DNA of 32,559 nt from Chiloscyllium plagiosum (GCF_004010195.1 NC_057718.1:97987883-98020441), one strand, 5' to 3'. Shown: positions 1 to 11,365, counted from the first letter of the stretch. Program-made: numbers and translations. The notes: generated from the letters alone by a model not told the origin.

Positions 1-489
1 CGAACAACTTGATGTTGCAAAAGATGGAATGCAAATCCAATTTGTTCACCCTTGTTGGAAACAGAAAAAAAAAATTGAAAAAAATATTCTAAAACTGCCA
101 GTGAGGAAAACATCCACAAGATTACAAAGAAAACCTTTCACTCACAGAACTTCAAATATGATGAACTTAGCTTCAGCCAATTATCCATTTTTAGAATATT
201 TAGATGAAGTGGTGACTCATCTCTTTGAAAGTAATGATCAAAAGGGCCTGATGTAAGACTTTATTTGATGTCAAAGTGATCTCAGTCTTTCCACGATGGC
301 ATCCATGGTTTGCCAAGCTCTCATTTAGATTCAGGGCTGCTGCCACACACTTAGCTACTTATCCAAGTACAGGCCAACAGCTTTCATCACGCTCCTGAAT
401 CAAAGTCTTATGAGTTGGATTTATATGTGATTCCTCCTCTGTGTTACCATCCAGGGTTTGGCAGGAATGCCTGAGACCAAATGGAATAA

Positions 490-1620
490 AAATGAGGTGG
501 GAGTGACAGCCCTTGACATCAAGGCCACATTTGACTGAGTGCAGCATCCAGCAGCCCTAGCGAAACTGGAGTCAGCGGGTATCAGGGGGCAAACTCTCCG
601 CTGGTTGGAGTCATACTTGGCACATAAGAAGATGGTTGTGGTTATTGGAGGTCAGTTATCTCAACTCCAGGACATCTCCGCAGGAGTTCCTCAGGGTGGT
701 GTCCTAGGCCCAACCATCTTCAGCTGCTTCTTCAATAACCTCCCCTTCATGCAAAGGTCAGGAGTGAGGATGTTTGCCAATGCATTACACAATGTCCTGC
801 TGCATTCACTCATATATTGAAGCAGCCCAAGTTCAAATGCAACAGGATCTAGACAATGTCCAGGCTTGGGCTAACAAGTGGCAAGTAATATTTGTGCCAC
901 ACAAATTCCAGACAATGACCGTCTCCAATAATAGGCAATCTAATCACCGCCCCTTGACATTCAGTTGTGTTACCATCACTGAACTGCCACTATTGACCAT
1001 AAACATGGACTGGCCACATAAACACAGTGGCTACAAGAGCAGGTCAGAAGCTAGGAATTCACCTCCTGAGCAATTCGCCTCCTGACTCCCCAAAACATAT
1101 CTCACCATCGACAAGGCACAAGTCAGAGGTGTGATGGAATACTCTCTACTTGCGCAGATAGATGCAGCTCTAACAAAGCTAAAGAAGCTTGATAACATTG
1201 AGGACAAAGCAGCCCTCTTGATTTGCACTGCATCCACAAATATCCACTCCCTCCACTACTGATGCTCAGCAGCAGCAGTATGTACTATCTACAAGATGCA
1301 CTACAGAAATTCACCAAACGTCCTCAGAGACACCTTCCATCCCATGACCACTTCCATCTAGTAGGACAAGGGCGGAAGATACATGGGAACACATTTGCAA
1401 GTTCCCCTCAAAACCACTTGCCATCTTGACTTGGAAATATATGGCCATTCCTTTCGTGATGCTGGGTCAGAATCCTGGAATTCAGTCCCTAAGGGCATTG
1501 GGGGTCTACCTACAGCACATGGACTGCAGCAGTTCAAGAAGGCAGAGCACCTCTCACTTTCTCGCCAGGAACAGGCAATAAATGCTGGCCTAGCCCACAT
1601 TCCACGGCTGAATCCAAAAA
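490..1620 (+). mobile_element. 5'-truncated, degenerate CR1-clade LINE, family A (RT C-terminal half plus 3' UTR)
   Basis: Frameshifted RT motifs VTALDIKATFD, GVPQGGVLGPTIFSCFFNNLP, MFA and QQDLDNVQAWANKWQV (ORFs 539-820, 774-1085). The 3' tail GCAATAAATGCTGGCCTAGCCCACAT is shared with SINE family A. Confidence 0.88.
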
Positions 1621-1636
1621 AGGAACAATTGTCTCT

Positions 1637-1925
1637 TAGATTGTGAGGGGCATGGACAGGGTGGACAGGAAGCTGCTGTTCCCCTCACTTGAAGGGTCAT
1701 TAACAAAGGAGTATACTTTTAAGGTGAAATGCAGGTGGTTTAAAGGGGATTTCAGAAAAAAATCTATTTTGCCCAGAGCTGGGTGGGGATCTGGAATGCA
1801 CTGTGTTGGAAGATAGCACAGGCAAGAAACCTGACAACCTTCAAAACCTACATGGATGAGACTTGAAATGCCATAACATTCGGGGCTATGAGACATGTGC
1901 TGGAAGGTGGGACTGGTGTAGATTT
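1637..1925 (+). mobile_element. CR1 LINE 3' fragment
   Basis: ATTGTGAGGGGCATGGACAGGGTGGAC...TTTAAGGTGA...CTGGAATGCACTG, the typical CR1 ORF2 C-terminal block. Confidence 0.8.
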
Positions 1926-1957
1926 AGAATAGTGTTTTGGTAGGGGTGTGTGTCTCT

Positions 1958-2333
1958 GTCATAGAGTCATGGAGATATACAGCATGGAAACAGAGCCTTC
2001 GGTCCAACCCGTCCATGCTGACCAGATATCCCAACCCAATCTAGTCCCACCTGCCAGCACCCGGCCCACATCCCTCCAAACCCTTCCTATTCATATACCC
2101 ATCCAAATGCCTCTTAAATGTTGTAATTGTACCAGCCTCCACCACTTCCTCTGGCAGCTCGTTCCATACATGTACCACCCTCTGCGTGAAAAGGTTGCCC
2201 CTTAGGTCCCTTTTATATCTTTCCCCTCTCATCCTAAACCTATGCCATCTAGTTCTGGACTCCCCATCCCATGGGAAAAGACTTTGTCTATTTATTCTAT
2301 CCATGCCCCTCATGCTTTTATAAACCTCTGTAA
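1958..2333 (-). mobile_element. HER1/CR1 LINE 3' end
   Basis: Minus-strand ORF 2041-2313 reads MRGMDRINRQSLFP...RGNLFTQRVVHVWNELPEEVVEAGTITTFKRHLDGYM, followed by a CTATGACT-type tail. Confidence 0.92.
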
Positions 2334-2334
2334 G

Positions 2335-2372
2335 GTGTGTGTGTGTGCGTGCGTGCGTGCGTACACACGTGC
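2335..2372. repeat. (GT)n/(GCGT)n microsatellite
   Basis: Read directly from the sequence. Confidence 0.85.
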
Positions 2373-3064
2373 GTCCAAACTGTGTCTACCAAGGTTTCAC
2401 CTCTGGTGCCTCACCCCAATATGATTCCTTTGATAACTACCTGTTGTTCGTAGTCTCCAGCCTTATCCATTTTACACATCTTGCCCTGAGTCTCCATTGC
2501 TATTACCATGAGCAATGGCATTTTGTCATAACCTAAACCTGCGCAAAACAGACAATTGACCCCATCCCTTCACCATTCGGCTGGGTGGGTTGGGTCAGAG
2601 TAGCCCTAATATCTTCTTGAGCAGATCTCAGTCAAATTCTTCTTGGACGGCAAGTCAGGTGTGAATTTCCACAGCCATCATGGGAGGTGATGATTTCTTC
2701 GACAACGTTGGACAATTGGGATCTTTCTCTTCTCAGTCCACGGCTGGAGTTTTCCTTGGTCCTACTTCCTCCTGAGCCTTAGATTTGCAGAATCATACTT
2801 ATCCATGTGATCAGAGTATCACCTGTACGTCTGGGCCAAGTTGCAGTTGCGGAAGGGGAGTTTGTATCCATTTCCCACTGTGAAACCTCTCTCTGCTGAT
2901 TGGTTTTATTATTTTGATGGGGTCACAGAGAAATTTAAGTGCAGAAGGTGACACTTTCAGCCCATTGTCTCCAATCCTCAGCTGGATTCAGAAAATGGCT
3001 GTCTGCCCACGCTCCATTGTCCTGCTCACTTCCTGGCCCCTTTACTAATTTTATTTGTCTCTCA

Positions 3065-3400
3065 TAGAAACATTGGACATAGGGATTGGATTAGGTCATT
3101 TATTCCCTTGTGTGTGCTGCACCATTCGATGAGATATGGCCTGATCAGCTTGTGATCTCGACCACACTTTCCTCTCTGCCTCACCTTAACATTCAAGTCG
3201 CTTGTTTATTGAAAATCTATCGAACGCCTTGAGTAAATTCAATGACCTCGCCTCCACTACTGTCTGGGGATGACAGTCCTCCGAGGGGAGAAATTCTCCT
3301 CATATCCATCTGAAATAGGAGGCCTCTTATCCTTAAACTTTGTCCCCTACTTCCAGTCTTTTTACACGGAAAGAAACACTATCCCATATCCCTTCAGAAT
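3065..3400 (-). mobile_element. Old CR1 3' fragment
   Basis: Decayed TAGGCCATT...CCATTC(A)ATGAGAT(C)ATGGCTGATC tail and an AAATTC(T)CCTCAT.TCC block, as in other CR1 copies in the window. Confidence 0.65.
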
Positions 3401-3464
3401 TTTGTACATACCCACCTTCTACTTCAACTGTTACCTTTTTTAAATTGTGTTTTAAGTTGTAGGG

Positions 3465-4435
3465 AGGAGCTGGTGGAGAAGTGGCAATATCACTGGACTA
3501 GTGTTTCAGAACCTTGCGAAAATGTTCTGGGGACACAGGCTTCAATTGCACTATAGATGATGGCGAGGTTGAACAGGATGAAGGTGAAGCCTCTTCTGGA
3601 GTACCATGTAGAGTTCTGGTCACCCTGCTATAGGAAGGATGTTATTAAATTGGAAATGGTTCAGTAAAGATTAACTGACATGTTGCTGGGAATAGAAAGT
3701 TTGAACTATAAAGATGAGTGGGACTATTTTCACTGGAGCGTAGGAGGTTGAGGTGTAATCATTTTTAGATTAGATTACCTACAGTGTGGAAACAGGCCAT
3801 TTGGCCTAACAAGTCCACACCGACCCTCTGAAGAGTAATTATAGCACTTTATAAAATCTTGAGGGGCATAGGTATGGTGAATAGCAAGTATCTTTTCTCT
3901 AGGATAGGGGAATTCAAAACTAAGGGCATATTTTTAAGGTGAGAGGAGAAATATTTAAAAAGGACCTGAGGGACAGCGTTTTACGTAGAGAGTGGTTCAT
4001 GTGTGGAATGAACAGCCAGAGGAAGTGGTGGATGCAGGTACAGTTACAATATTTAAAAGACATTTGGATAAGTCCATGAATAGGAAAGAGTTGGAGGGAT
4101 ATGGGCCAAATGCAGGCAGACGGGACTAGTTCAGTTTGGGATTATGGTTGGCGTGGACTAGTTGGACCGAAGGGTCTGTTTCTGTGCTGAATGACTATGA
4201 ATTTGAATTCAATGACAACTAGTCTAAGGGTGGCTTTGTTCACACTGCCAGTGGTTGCAAACAAACCCTCATCTGGATCACTAATGCACTTTAGGGAAGG
4301 AAATCTGCCATCCTGACCAGGCCTGGCCTACTTGCGACTCCAGACCCCAGCAACGTGGTTGATTTTTAACTGTCCTCTGGGTAATTAAGGATGGGCAATA
4401 AATGCTGTCCTAACCAGCGATGCCCACATCCCTAT
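3465..4435 (+). mobile_element. tRNA-derived SINE family A, split by a CR1 insertion
   Basis: Head GGTGGAGAAGTGGCAATATCACTGGACTAG at about 3472; body GGGAAGGAAATCTGCCATCC; tail GGGCAATAAATGCTG...GCCCACATCCC. Similar to the copy at 26665-26995. Confidence 0.75.
3575..4200 (+). mobile_element. CR1 LINE 3' fragment containing an inverted HE1 tail (about 3765-3838)
   Basis: PLLEY..FWSPCYRKDVIKLE-type codons and ...GTGGAATGAAC.GCCAGAGGAAGTGGTGG; AGATTACCTACAGTGTGGAAACAGGCC is the reverse HE1 tail. Confidence 0.88.
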
Positions 4436-5254
4436 AATAGGTAACTTAAACATATTCCTAGTTTCTCCTGGTGCTGACCTTAAGCTTATAATTTTATCAA
4501 TTCCCTGACCGTGAAATGAGTTCATACTGTTTGTCTTTTGAACCCATTTCAGAATGATGAGTATTTCTCTGAAGCCTTCAGCTTAACCTTCTCAGAGTTT
4601 TGTCAAGCCATCGAAACTGTATCCTTTCATTCCATACATGAAACTGACTCTCATCTCATTATCTTTTCATCTATGCCTCGAGTATCTTATCCCTCTTTAG
4701 CGTGTCTGAAAAGGCACTTGAGACAAAGATCCGCTCCACATCCTAAACCGAATGACCATCATCTTTTGCTGTTTTGCTTAATATTGCTTGTAGCCACTGG
4801 GATTTGTATTTGACAGGAGGCCAATGTGGAAGAGAGCAATAAGAAAACTTTGGGCTCAAGAGTCATTATCTGCTTCACTTTATTATCCAGAAAAACATGG
4901 GGACATCTGGTTAATATTCTGGACTGGTGATCATATATGCATTTTGGCCTGGGTCCCATTGTGAACTATTTATATTCAGAATTCATCAAAGCATTTGTAG
5001 ATTGAGAAAGAGAGAAAAAGACCGTTTTGCTGCAGTGAGTAATTCTCCTGGTTACTTGCATTGATTTATTTTTATCAGTTACCTGCATTTATATTCCACC
5101 TTGCAAATGTAATTCATCTGGGAATTTGATTTTCTGATGAATTTTTGACTTGTTGCCCATTGCATTATTTATCAAGTCCGTTAGGAAGCAGTAAAAATTG
5201 GGATTGAAAATACCAATTGTGTTCGAACATCTCTACTAATGGAAACTGGCACTA

Positions 5255-5603
5255 AAATGAGAGGTATGGATAGAGTCAATAGCCAGAGACTTTTCCCCAG
5301 GGCAGGATTGACTGGGACGAGGGGTCATAGTTTTAGGTTATTAGGAGGATCGTATAGAGGAGACATCAGAGGTAGGTTCTTTACGCAGAGAGTTGTGAAT
5401 ACATGGAATGTGTTGCCAGCGGTGGTGGTAGAAGCAGAGTCATTAGGGACATTTAAGCGACTACTGGACATGCACATGGATAGCAGTGAGTTGAGGGGTG
5501 CGTAGGTACGGTTATTTAATTTTACATTAGGAATAATCCTCGGCACAACATCGTAGGCTGAAGGGCCTGTTCTGTGCTGTGCTTTTCTATGTTCTATGTT
5601 CTA
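5255..5603 (+). mobile_element. 5'-truncated CR1 LINE with (TTCTATG)n tail
   Basis: ORF 5239-5505 MRGMDRVNSQRLFP...FFTQRVVNTWNVLP; flanked by CTAAAAT direct repeats. Confidence 0.9.
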
Positions 5604-5629
5604 AAATAAATCGCGAACAATTGTTTATT

Positions 5630-5832
5630 TATTTATTTATTTTTTCTTTTTTCTTTTTTTTCCCTTAAACCCCCACACTACCGCCTAACCACGGTGGTGC
5701 TTATTTTTCCACAGCACCCATGGTGTGTGTGTATACGTGTGAGACACAGTGAAAGACACAAAGTGCACGAATCTTTATTCAAATTCCTCCACCAGGAAGA
5801 TAGGAAAACACCCGAGTGGCCAGTGACAAACA
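5630..5832 (-). mobile_element. Poly(A)-tailed retrocopy, probably an L1/Tx1-type 3' end, with a 14-bp TSD
   Basis: T-rich tail at 5630-5661; perfect TSD AACAATTGTTTATT at 5616-5629 and 5833-5846; minus-strand AATAAA at about 5774-5779. Confidence 0.8.
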
Positions 5833-6435
5833 AACAATTGTTTATTATCTGCATCAGGCTTTTTAATTCCAGTTAAACCTGTTTGTTTCATTATTGAACA
5901 GTTCTCTGTTGCATTCTATTGAAATGTATTGTTTGCTATTTATATTTGTGGGACATACTTGAATTTAAAACTGCTGGTCCATTGTGAATGCTGTTATACC
6001 TTCATGGGAAATCAAGCTCCAATTTTCCCAGAACCATCAGGAAACTAGCAAATATGCAGAATTTCCCAATTTATTTATCTTTTCGCTCCAGGTTGACAGA
6101 AACCAGGTACTTGATAAGATTTACTTTTTCTTACAAATTAGTAGGTTCTAATTACAAATGAAGATTTATGAACCATTAACTTCAAACTACAAAGCACTTA
6201 TAAAACTCTCCCTCTAAACACGCATAGAGACAGTGAACAAAATGGATGCTGTGGTTGGAGGGAAAATGATGTACATTTGGATCTGAGGTTTGCTTGAAAG
6301 TGGCCACACAAGTAGATAGGTTGGCGAAGAATCTGAATGGCATGCTTGCCTTTATTGGTCAGGGAATTGAGTACAAGAGTCAGGATGTCATGTTGCAGCT
6401 TGATAAAGACTTTAGTTAGGCTACACTTAAGAGTA

Positions 6436-6948
6436 GGCGAAAGTGAGGACTGCAGATGCTAGAGATTACAGTCGAGAGTGTGGTGCTGGAAAAGCACAGC
6501 AGGTCAGGCAGCATCCGAGGAGCAGAAAAATCGATGTTTCGGGCAAAAGCCCTTCATCAGGAATGAGGCTGGGAACCTCCGGTGGAGAGATAAATGGGAG
6601 GGGTGTGGGGCTGGGGAGAAAGTAGCTGAGAGGGCAATAGGTGGATGGAGGTGGGGTAAAGGTGATAGGTCGGAGGGGAGGGTGGAGCGGATAGGTGGGA
6701 ACGAGGATGGACAAATAGGATTGGTTATTGGGGCATTGCTGAATTGGAAGGTTGGAACTGGGATAAGGTAGGAGGAGGGGAATTGAGGAAACTGGTGAAA
6801 TCCACATTGATGCCCTGGGGTTGGAGAGTCCCGAGGCGAAAGATGAGGCTGTCTTCCTCCAGGCGTCGGGTGGTAAGGGAGTGGCGATGGAGGAGGACCA
6901 GGACCTGCATGTCCTTGGCGGAGTGGGAGGGTAAGTTGAAGTATTCAG
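6436..6948 (-). mobile_element. 5'-truncated Penelope-like element with a 10-bp TSD
   Basis: Minus-strand ORF 6725-6910 RRLEEDSLIFRLGTLQPQGINVDF is the GIY-YIG C-terminus; TSD CTTAAGAGTA at 6426-6435 and 6949-6958. Confidence 0.9.
6533..6560 (-). ncRNA. Minimal type-I hammerhead ribozyme motif (PLE terminus)
   Basis: Minus strand reads CTGATGA-A-GGGC-TTTT-GCCC-GAAA-CATC. Core is intact; the CGTC site has decayed to CATC. Confidence 0.7.
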
Positions 6949-8264
6949 CTTAAGAGTATTCAATTCTGTTCGCCACATTACAGGAAGGATATGGAGGTTT
7001 TGGAGAGGGTACAGAAGAGGTTAATCAGGATGCTGCCTGGATTAGAGGGTATGAGCTACAGGGAAGGCTAGAAAAATTCAGATTATTTTCTCTTGAGCAG
7101 CAGAAGTTGAGGGGAGACTTGGTAGAAGTCTACAAAATTATGAGATGCATAGATAGGATTGACAGTCAGAATCTTTGTCTAAAACTACGGGACATGCATT
7201 TAAGGTGAGAGGGGGCAAGTTCAAAGGAGGTGCTAGGAGCAATGTTTTTACTCAGAGAGTGATTGTGATGCTGATCAGAACACTCCTTCTCAATCTTCTT
7301 TCTCTAGATACTTTCACTTGTTTGCATGAGACGCAAGGAGTCTGGAATGCGTTGCCAGGGTTGATGATGGAGATAGATATGGTAGGAGCATTATTGGTGC
7401 TTTTAGATAAGTATGTGAATATGCAAGGAATGGAGGGATATCGACCAAAGGCAGGCAGAAGGGATTAGTTTAATTTGGTGTCACGTTCAGCACAGCGTTG
7501 TGGGCCGAAGGGCCCATACCTGTGTTGTACAGTTCTATTGGGCAGGCAGTTCACTGGTCCCTATCTGCAGGGATTGCTGAGGTGATTGTGATGCTGATCA
7601 GAACACTCCTTCTCAATCTTCTTTCTCTAGATATTTTCACTTGTTTGCATGAGACACAAAGTGACTGGCTCATGCTTATAAATGTCTCTAATTTATTAAA
7701 GTTACACTTTACAATGACTGATGAGGAGACATAACCTGGCCACCTGCAGACCTGAGATGCTTTTTTATTCCAGACTGAGAAAACTCCTTCCTTTCTGAGC
7801 TCTGCTAGCATCTGACTCAAACATTCAGACCTCCTAGCTGTTCAGCGACCTGGACACCAGTAACATAGTTGTTGGCAGGCAGAGAGTCTTTGGCATCGGT
7901 TTATGGATTAGTGGCCAGTCATCAATCAGCTGCTTGTTGCTGATCAAAGCTTCATTGATACCCAACCCAACTCATCTGTGTAGTTTCCCCACTGTTTGAA
8001 CCAGCAGCTGTGTAAATAGCACTTACAATGAGCAATTTGCTTTTTAGAAGGTGCCACAATCCTTGAAAAGTCCTAGGCTTTTCCAAACAGTCCTTTTTCC
8101 ATTTCACCCAGAGCTAAAAACACAGAAAGGTAAAGGTACTGTTAATCACCTCCCCCACTGATCAGAATGGTTGAGGGTTGCTGTGTGTCCTCAGAGCTTT
8201 CTTGCTCAAATATCGGTTACCCAGAATCTGCCAATATTCTTTAACAATGAGTTAAATGATGGTT

Positions 8265-8632
8265 TGGAGTCATAGAGATACAGAGCAAGAAACAGCCTCT
8301 TCGGTCCAACTCGTCCATGCTGACCAGATATCCTAACCTAGTCTAGTCCCATTTGCCAGCACTTGGTCCATATCCCTCCAAACCCTTTCTATTCATATAC
8401 CCATCCAGATGCCTTTTAAATGTTGCCATTGTCCCAGCCTCCACCACATCCTCTGGCAGCTCATTCCATACACGTACCACCCTCTGCGTGAAAAAGCTGC
8501 CCTTAGGTCCCTTTTATTTCTTTCCCCTCTCATCTTAAACCTATGCCCTCTAGTCTTGGACTCTCCTATTCTAGGGGAAAAAAAAAACCTTGACTATTCA
8601 CCCTATCCATTCCCTCATGATTTCATAAACTT
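8265..8632 (-). mobile_element. HER1/CR1 LINE 3' end
   Basis: Highly similar to 1958-2333. Confidence 0.9.
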
Positions 8633-9529
8633 CTAGAAATTTATGAGTATTCAGGGGCATAGATTGCATTTTGCTTTGCTTTAGATAATGCTTCTGAAGC
8701 TTCTTGTGGCGCTGCGTTACAAAGTTGTATAATACTTGAAAAGGATAATTAAGGTCCTTTATTCGGTGTTCTTATTTCCTCATTCCATTTCTGCATAAAA
8801 GGAACGGCTTGGTGCTCAGATGAATATTTTCTTAGCTTCTGAAGCGTGTCTACTTATGAATTGCTGAAACCGCTGCCTTTGAAGTTCTTTCTAATCTTTG
8901 CTTTCGGCACGACAGATTATGTAGACTGTAGCTTTGACAACAGAACTGCTCAGACTGTCCTGTCAGAATAAAATGTGTTGCTGTTTAATTTGTAGTTTTG
9001 ATACCACTGGAATCCCTTACCCTGGTTTGCTTCCTGTGTTATTGAGTAAATGCTGCGATGCCCGTATTGTACTCTTCACCACCTTGACACCTGAGGGCTG
9101 ATGTGGCAACAATGGGTACCTTCTGGAGAACAGGGATTTGAAGATCCTCCAGGTGGCTGAGAGCATGGTATATTTGATGTGTGGGAGCAGGAGCTACCAT
9201 GAACAACAAAGATTGGAGTAGCAGCTGGTGGACTCCAACTATTGCTTCCCTTCCAGGGAGAGTTGCCTGAGCTGCTAGTAGCAGACTTTCGAGAACCTTC
9301 GAACTGGGAGCAGGAGCAGGCCGTTCTTGCCCCTAGACCACTCATGTCCTCGGGCCTGCCCTGTCATCGGTAAGAACATGGCGCTACCCCTTCCATCCCC
9401 TTGCCCGTCAAGAAAAACTTGACAGGGTGCTAACACCCCGAATTCCGTGCCTTGCCCCAGTTCTGCCCTTCATTGTGAGCTCCCCTGACTGAGGATGAAT
9501 AAGACAGTGGAATGCCAGATAGACATGCC

Positions 9530-10082
9530 CAACAAAAGAGACCTGAGGGGCAACTTTTTCACACAGCGGGTGGTATGTGTATGGTACCAGCTGCCAGGTG
9601 TCACTGGCTGGGCCATAATTTATTGCCCATTCCTAATTACCCAGAGGACAGTTAAGAGTCAACCACATTGCTGTTGGTCTGGAGTCACATGTAGGCCGGA
9701 CCACAGAAGGATATTAGTAAACCAGATGGGTTTTTCCAACAATGGATTAGCTAAACTGGTCGTCATTAGACTCTTACTTCCAGACTTTACTGAGCTCGAA
9801 TTACACCACCTGCTGTGACAGGATTCAAACCCAGGTCCCCAGAACATTGCCCAGGTCGCTGGATTAATTGTCCAGCGATAACACCACTAAGCCATTGCCT
9901 CCACAACAGTGGTTGAGGTGGGTACGATTGCAGCAATTGTAAGACATTTGGATGGGTAAATGAATAGGAAAGGGTTAGATTGATGTGGGCCAAATACAGG
10001 CAAATGGGACTGTATCAGATCAGGATACCTAGTTGGCATGGACAAGTTGGACCAAAGAGTCTGTGTCTGTGCTGTACGACTC
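9530..10082 (+). mobile_element. CR1 3' fragment, split by an antisense SINE family A copy
   Basis: KRDLRGNFFTQRVVCVW before the SINE; GTGGTTGAGGTGGGTAC...GGACAAGTTGGACCAAAG after it. Confidence 0.85.
9600..9903 (-). mobile_element. SINE family A
   Basis: Reverse of the GGGCAATAAAT tail at about 9618-9628; reverse tRNA-like head (GGTTTGAATCC B-box) at about 9820-9900. Confidence 0.8.
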
Positions 10083-10647
10083 AATAAGCAGGCCTCACAA
10101 CAAGAGATCTGCTCATTGGCCCACAGTTACACGGATTGTTTGAATCTGATGATGACTATGAGTCCTACTGTGTCACGCCCCTCTGTGACCAAAGTGACAG
10201 CTGACATTATTGCTTGCTGATCTGTTTAATAAACCTGTGTTTGTGAGACTGCAGTTCATTCACAAGCACTAGAGAGAGCTGTACAGTCAGTGATGAAAAT
10301 TTTCGTTGCTGTGTTCTCTGAATCCTCTACTTTACACAGCAGTTCCAGTGGTCTTGGCCCTCCCACACTGATTGATTTCTTTGTTTGAGGCCCACAGAGA
10401 GCGTGTCTGCAATTAAGATCATGCTCGCATCTGCTAATTATTTACTCAATTAACAGCATTGCTGGCAGATACTCCAAAAATGAGGGAATTCGTTCTAAAC
10501 TTAAGAAGTATACAATAAAAATCAGTTTCCTTAGCTTTAATGTCAACACGATATTATGGTTTGGAGATGCCGGTGTTGGACTGGGATATACAAAGTTAAA
10601 AATCACACAACACCAGGTTAGAGTCCAACAGGTTTAATTGGAAGCAC

Positions 10648-10676
10648 TAGCTTTCGGAGCGACGCTCCTTCATCAG
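10648..10676 (-). ncRNA. Minimal hammerhead ribozyme motif
   Basis: CAC-CTGATGA-A-GGAGC-GTC-GCTCC-GAAA-GCTA-GTG: intact core, 5-bp stem II, AGCT palindromic stem III and CAC/GTG stem I. Confidence 0.78.
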
Positions 10677-10734
10677 GTGTTGTGGAGTACACAATTGTAA
10701 GATTATTTCTTACAATTGTGTCCTCCACAACCAC

Positions 10735-10763
10735 CTGATGAAGGAGCAGCGCTTCGAAAGCTA
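10735..10763 (+). ncRNA. Minimal hammerhead ribozyme motif
   Basis: CAC-CTGATGA-A-GGAGC-AGC-GCTTC-GAAA-GCTA-GTG. Confidence 0.78.
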
Positions 10764-11094
10764 GTGCTTCCAATTAAACCTGTTGGACTCTAACCTGGTG
10801 TTGTGTGATTTTTATCTTTGAACACGATATTTGAGTGATACTTCAATGCAGCACACAGAAGATGGTGTACCAGGGAAGGGAGAAGTGAACAGTAATGAGA
10901 TGAATAAAGCAATTGCATCTGAAGCAAGTAGGTGCAAATTCTCTGTCGGGCTGGGGGAGTTTCCAGTAGAAATACTAAGAATAAAGAGAGGGAAGGACTG
11001 CAGCCTTTTGCACCTACAGCAAGCCCCGCATATGCTGGGTGAGAAATTTTATCAGTAATATTTGCTGTGAAATTACTCAGAGATAGGCCAGAAC

Positions 11095-11365
11095 TCGCCA
11101 GGGATGTGGATTTGATTCTAGCCTCAGGCGACTATGCAAAGTCCGCGCAGGTATTCTCCCCGTGTCTGCGTGGGATTCCCGCTGGTGCTCCAGTTTCCTC
11201 CCACCGTCCACATATATGCAGGCTGCGTGGACTGGCCATGGGAAAAGCAGACTCACAGGGATAAGGTAGGGGGATGGTCTGGGTGGGATGCTCTCTGGAG
11301 GATCGTTGTGGACTCAATGGGCCGAATGGCCTGTTTCTGCACTGTATGGATTCTGTGATTCTGTA
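11095..11365 (+). mobile_element. HE1-type V-SINE (degenerate)
   Basis: V-domain TTCTCCCCGTGTCTGCGTGGG...TTTCCTCCCAC; tail GGGCCGAATGGCCTGTTTC. Confidence 0.85.

Larger units (their letters stand above)
6270..7540 (+). mobile_element. CR1 LINE 3' portion, interrupted by a PLE (6436-6948) and a 78-bp templated insertion (7259-7336)
   Basis: GMLAFIGQGIEYKSQDVMLQL-type codons, LERVQKRLIRMLPGLEGMSY, GHAFKVRGGKFKG, and tail GGGCCGAAGGGCC. Confidence 0.9.
10556..10820. mobile_element. Short fold-back PLE-terminus element with about 112-bp arms and an 11-bp TSD
   Basis: Inverted arms at 10591-10702 and 10708-10820 with a 5-nt loop; TSD AACACGATATT at 10545-10555 and 10821-10831. Confidence 0.88.

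Noticed and set aside
29..256. 75-aa plus-strand ORF
   Set aside because: It runs through poly-A tracts and has no recognisable homology.
9257..9369. Plus-strand exon with good splice sites and an open frame
   Set aside because: Most of it, including the GTAAGA donor, matches a decayed antisense CR1 tail (GGAGCAGGAG.AGGCC...AAGA.CATGGC).
10556..10820. DNA-transposon MITE or pre-miRNA
   Set aside because: The inverted repeats are not terminal (35-bp unpaired leader), the arms are PLE termini with hammerheads, and the hairpin is longer than a typical pre-miRNA.
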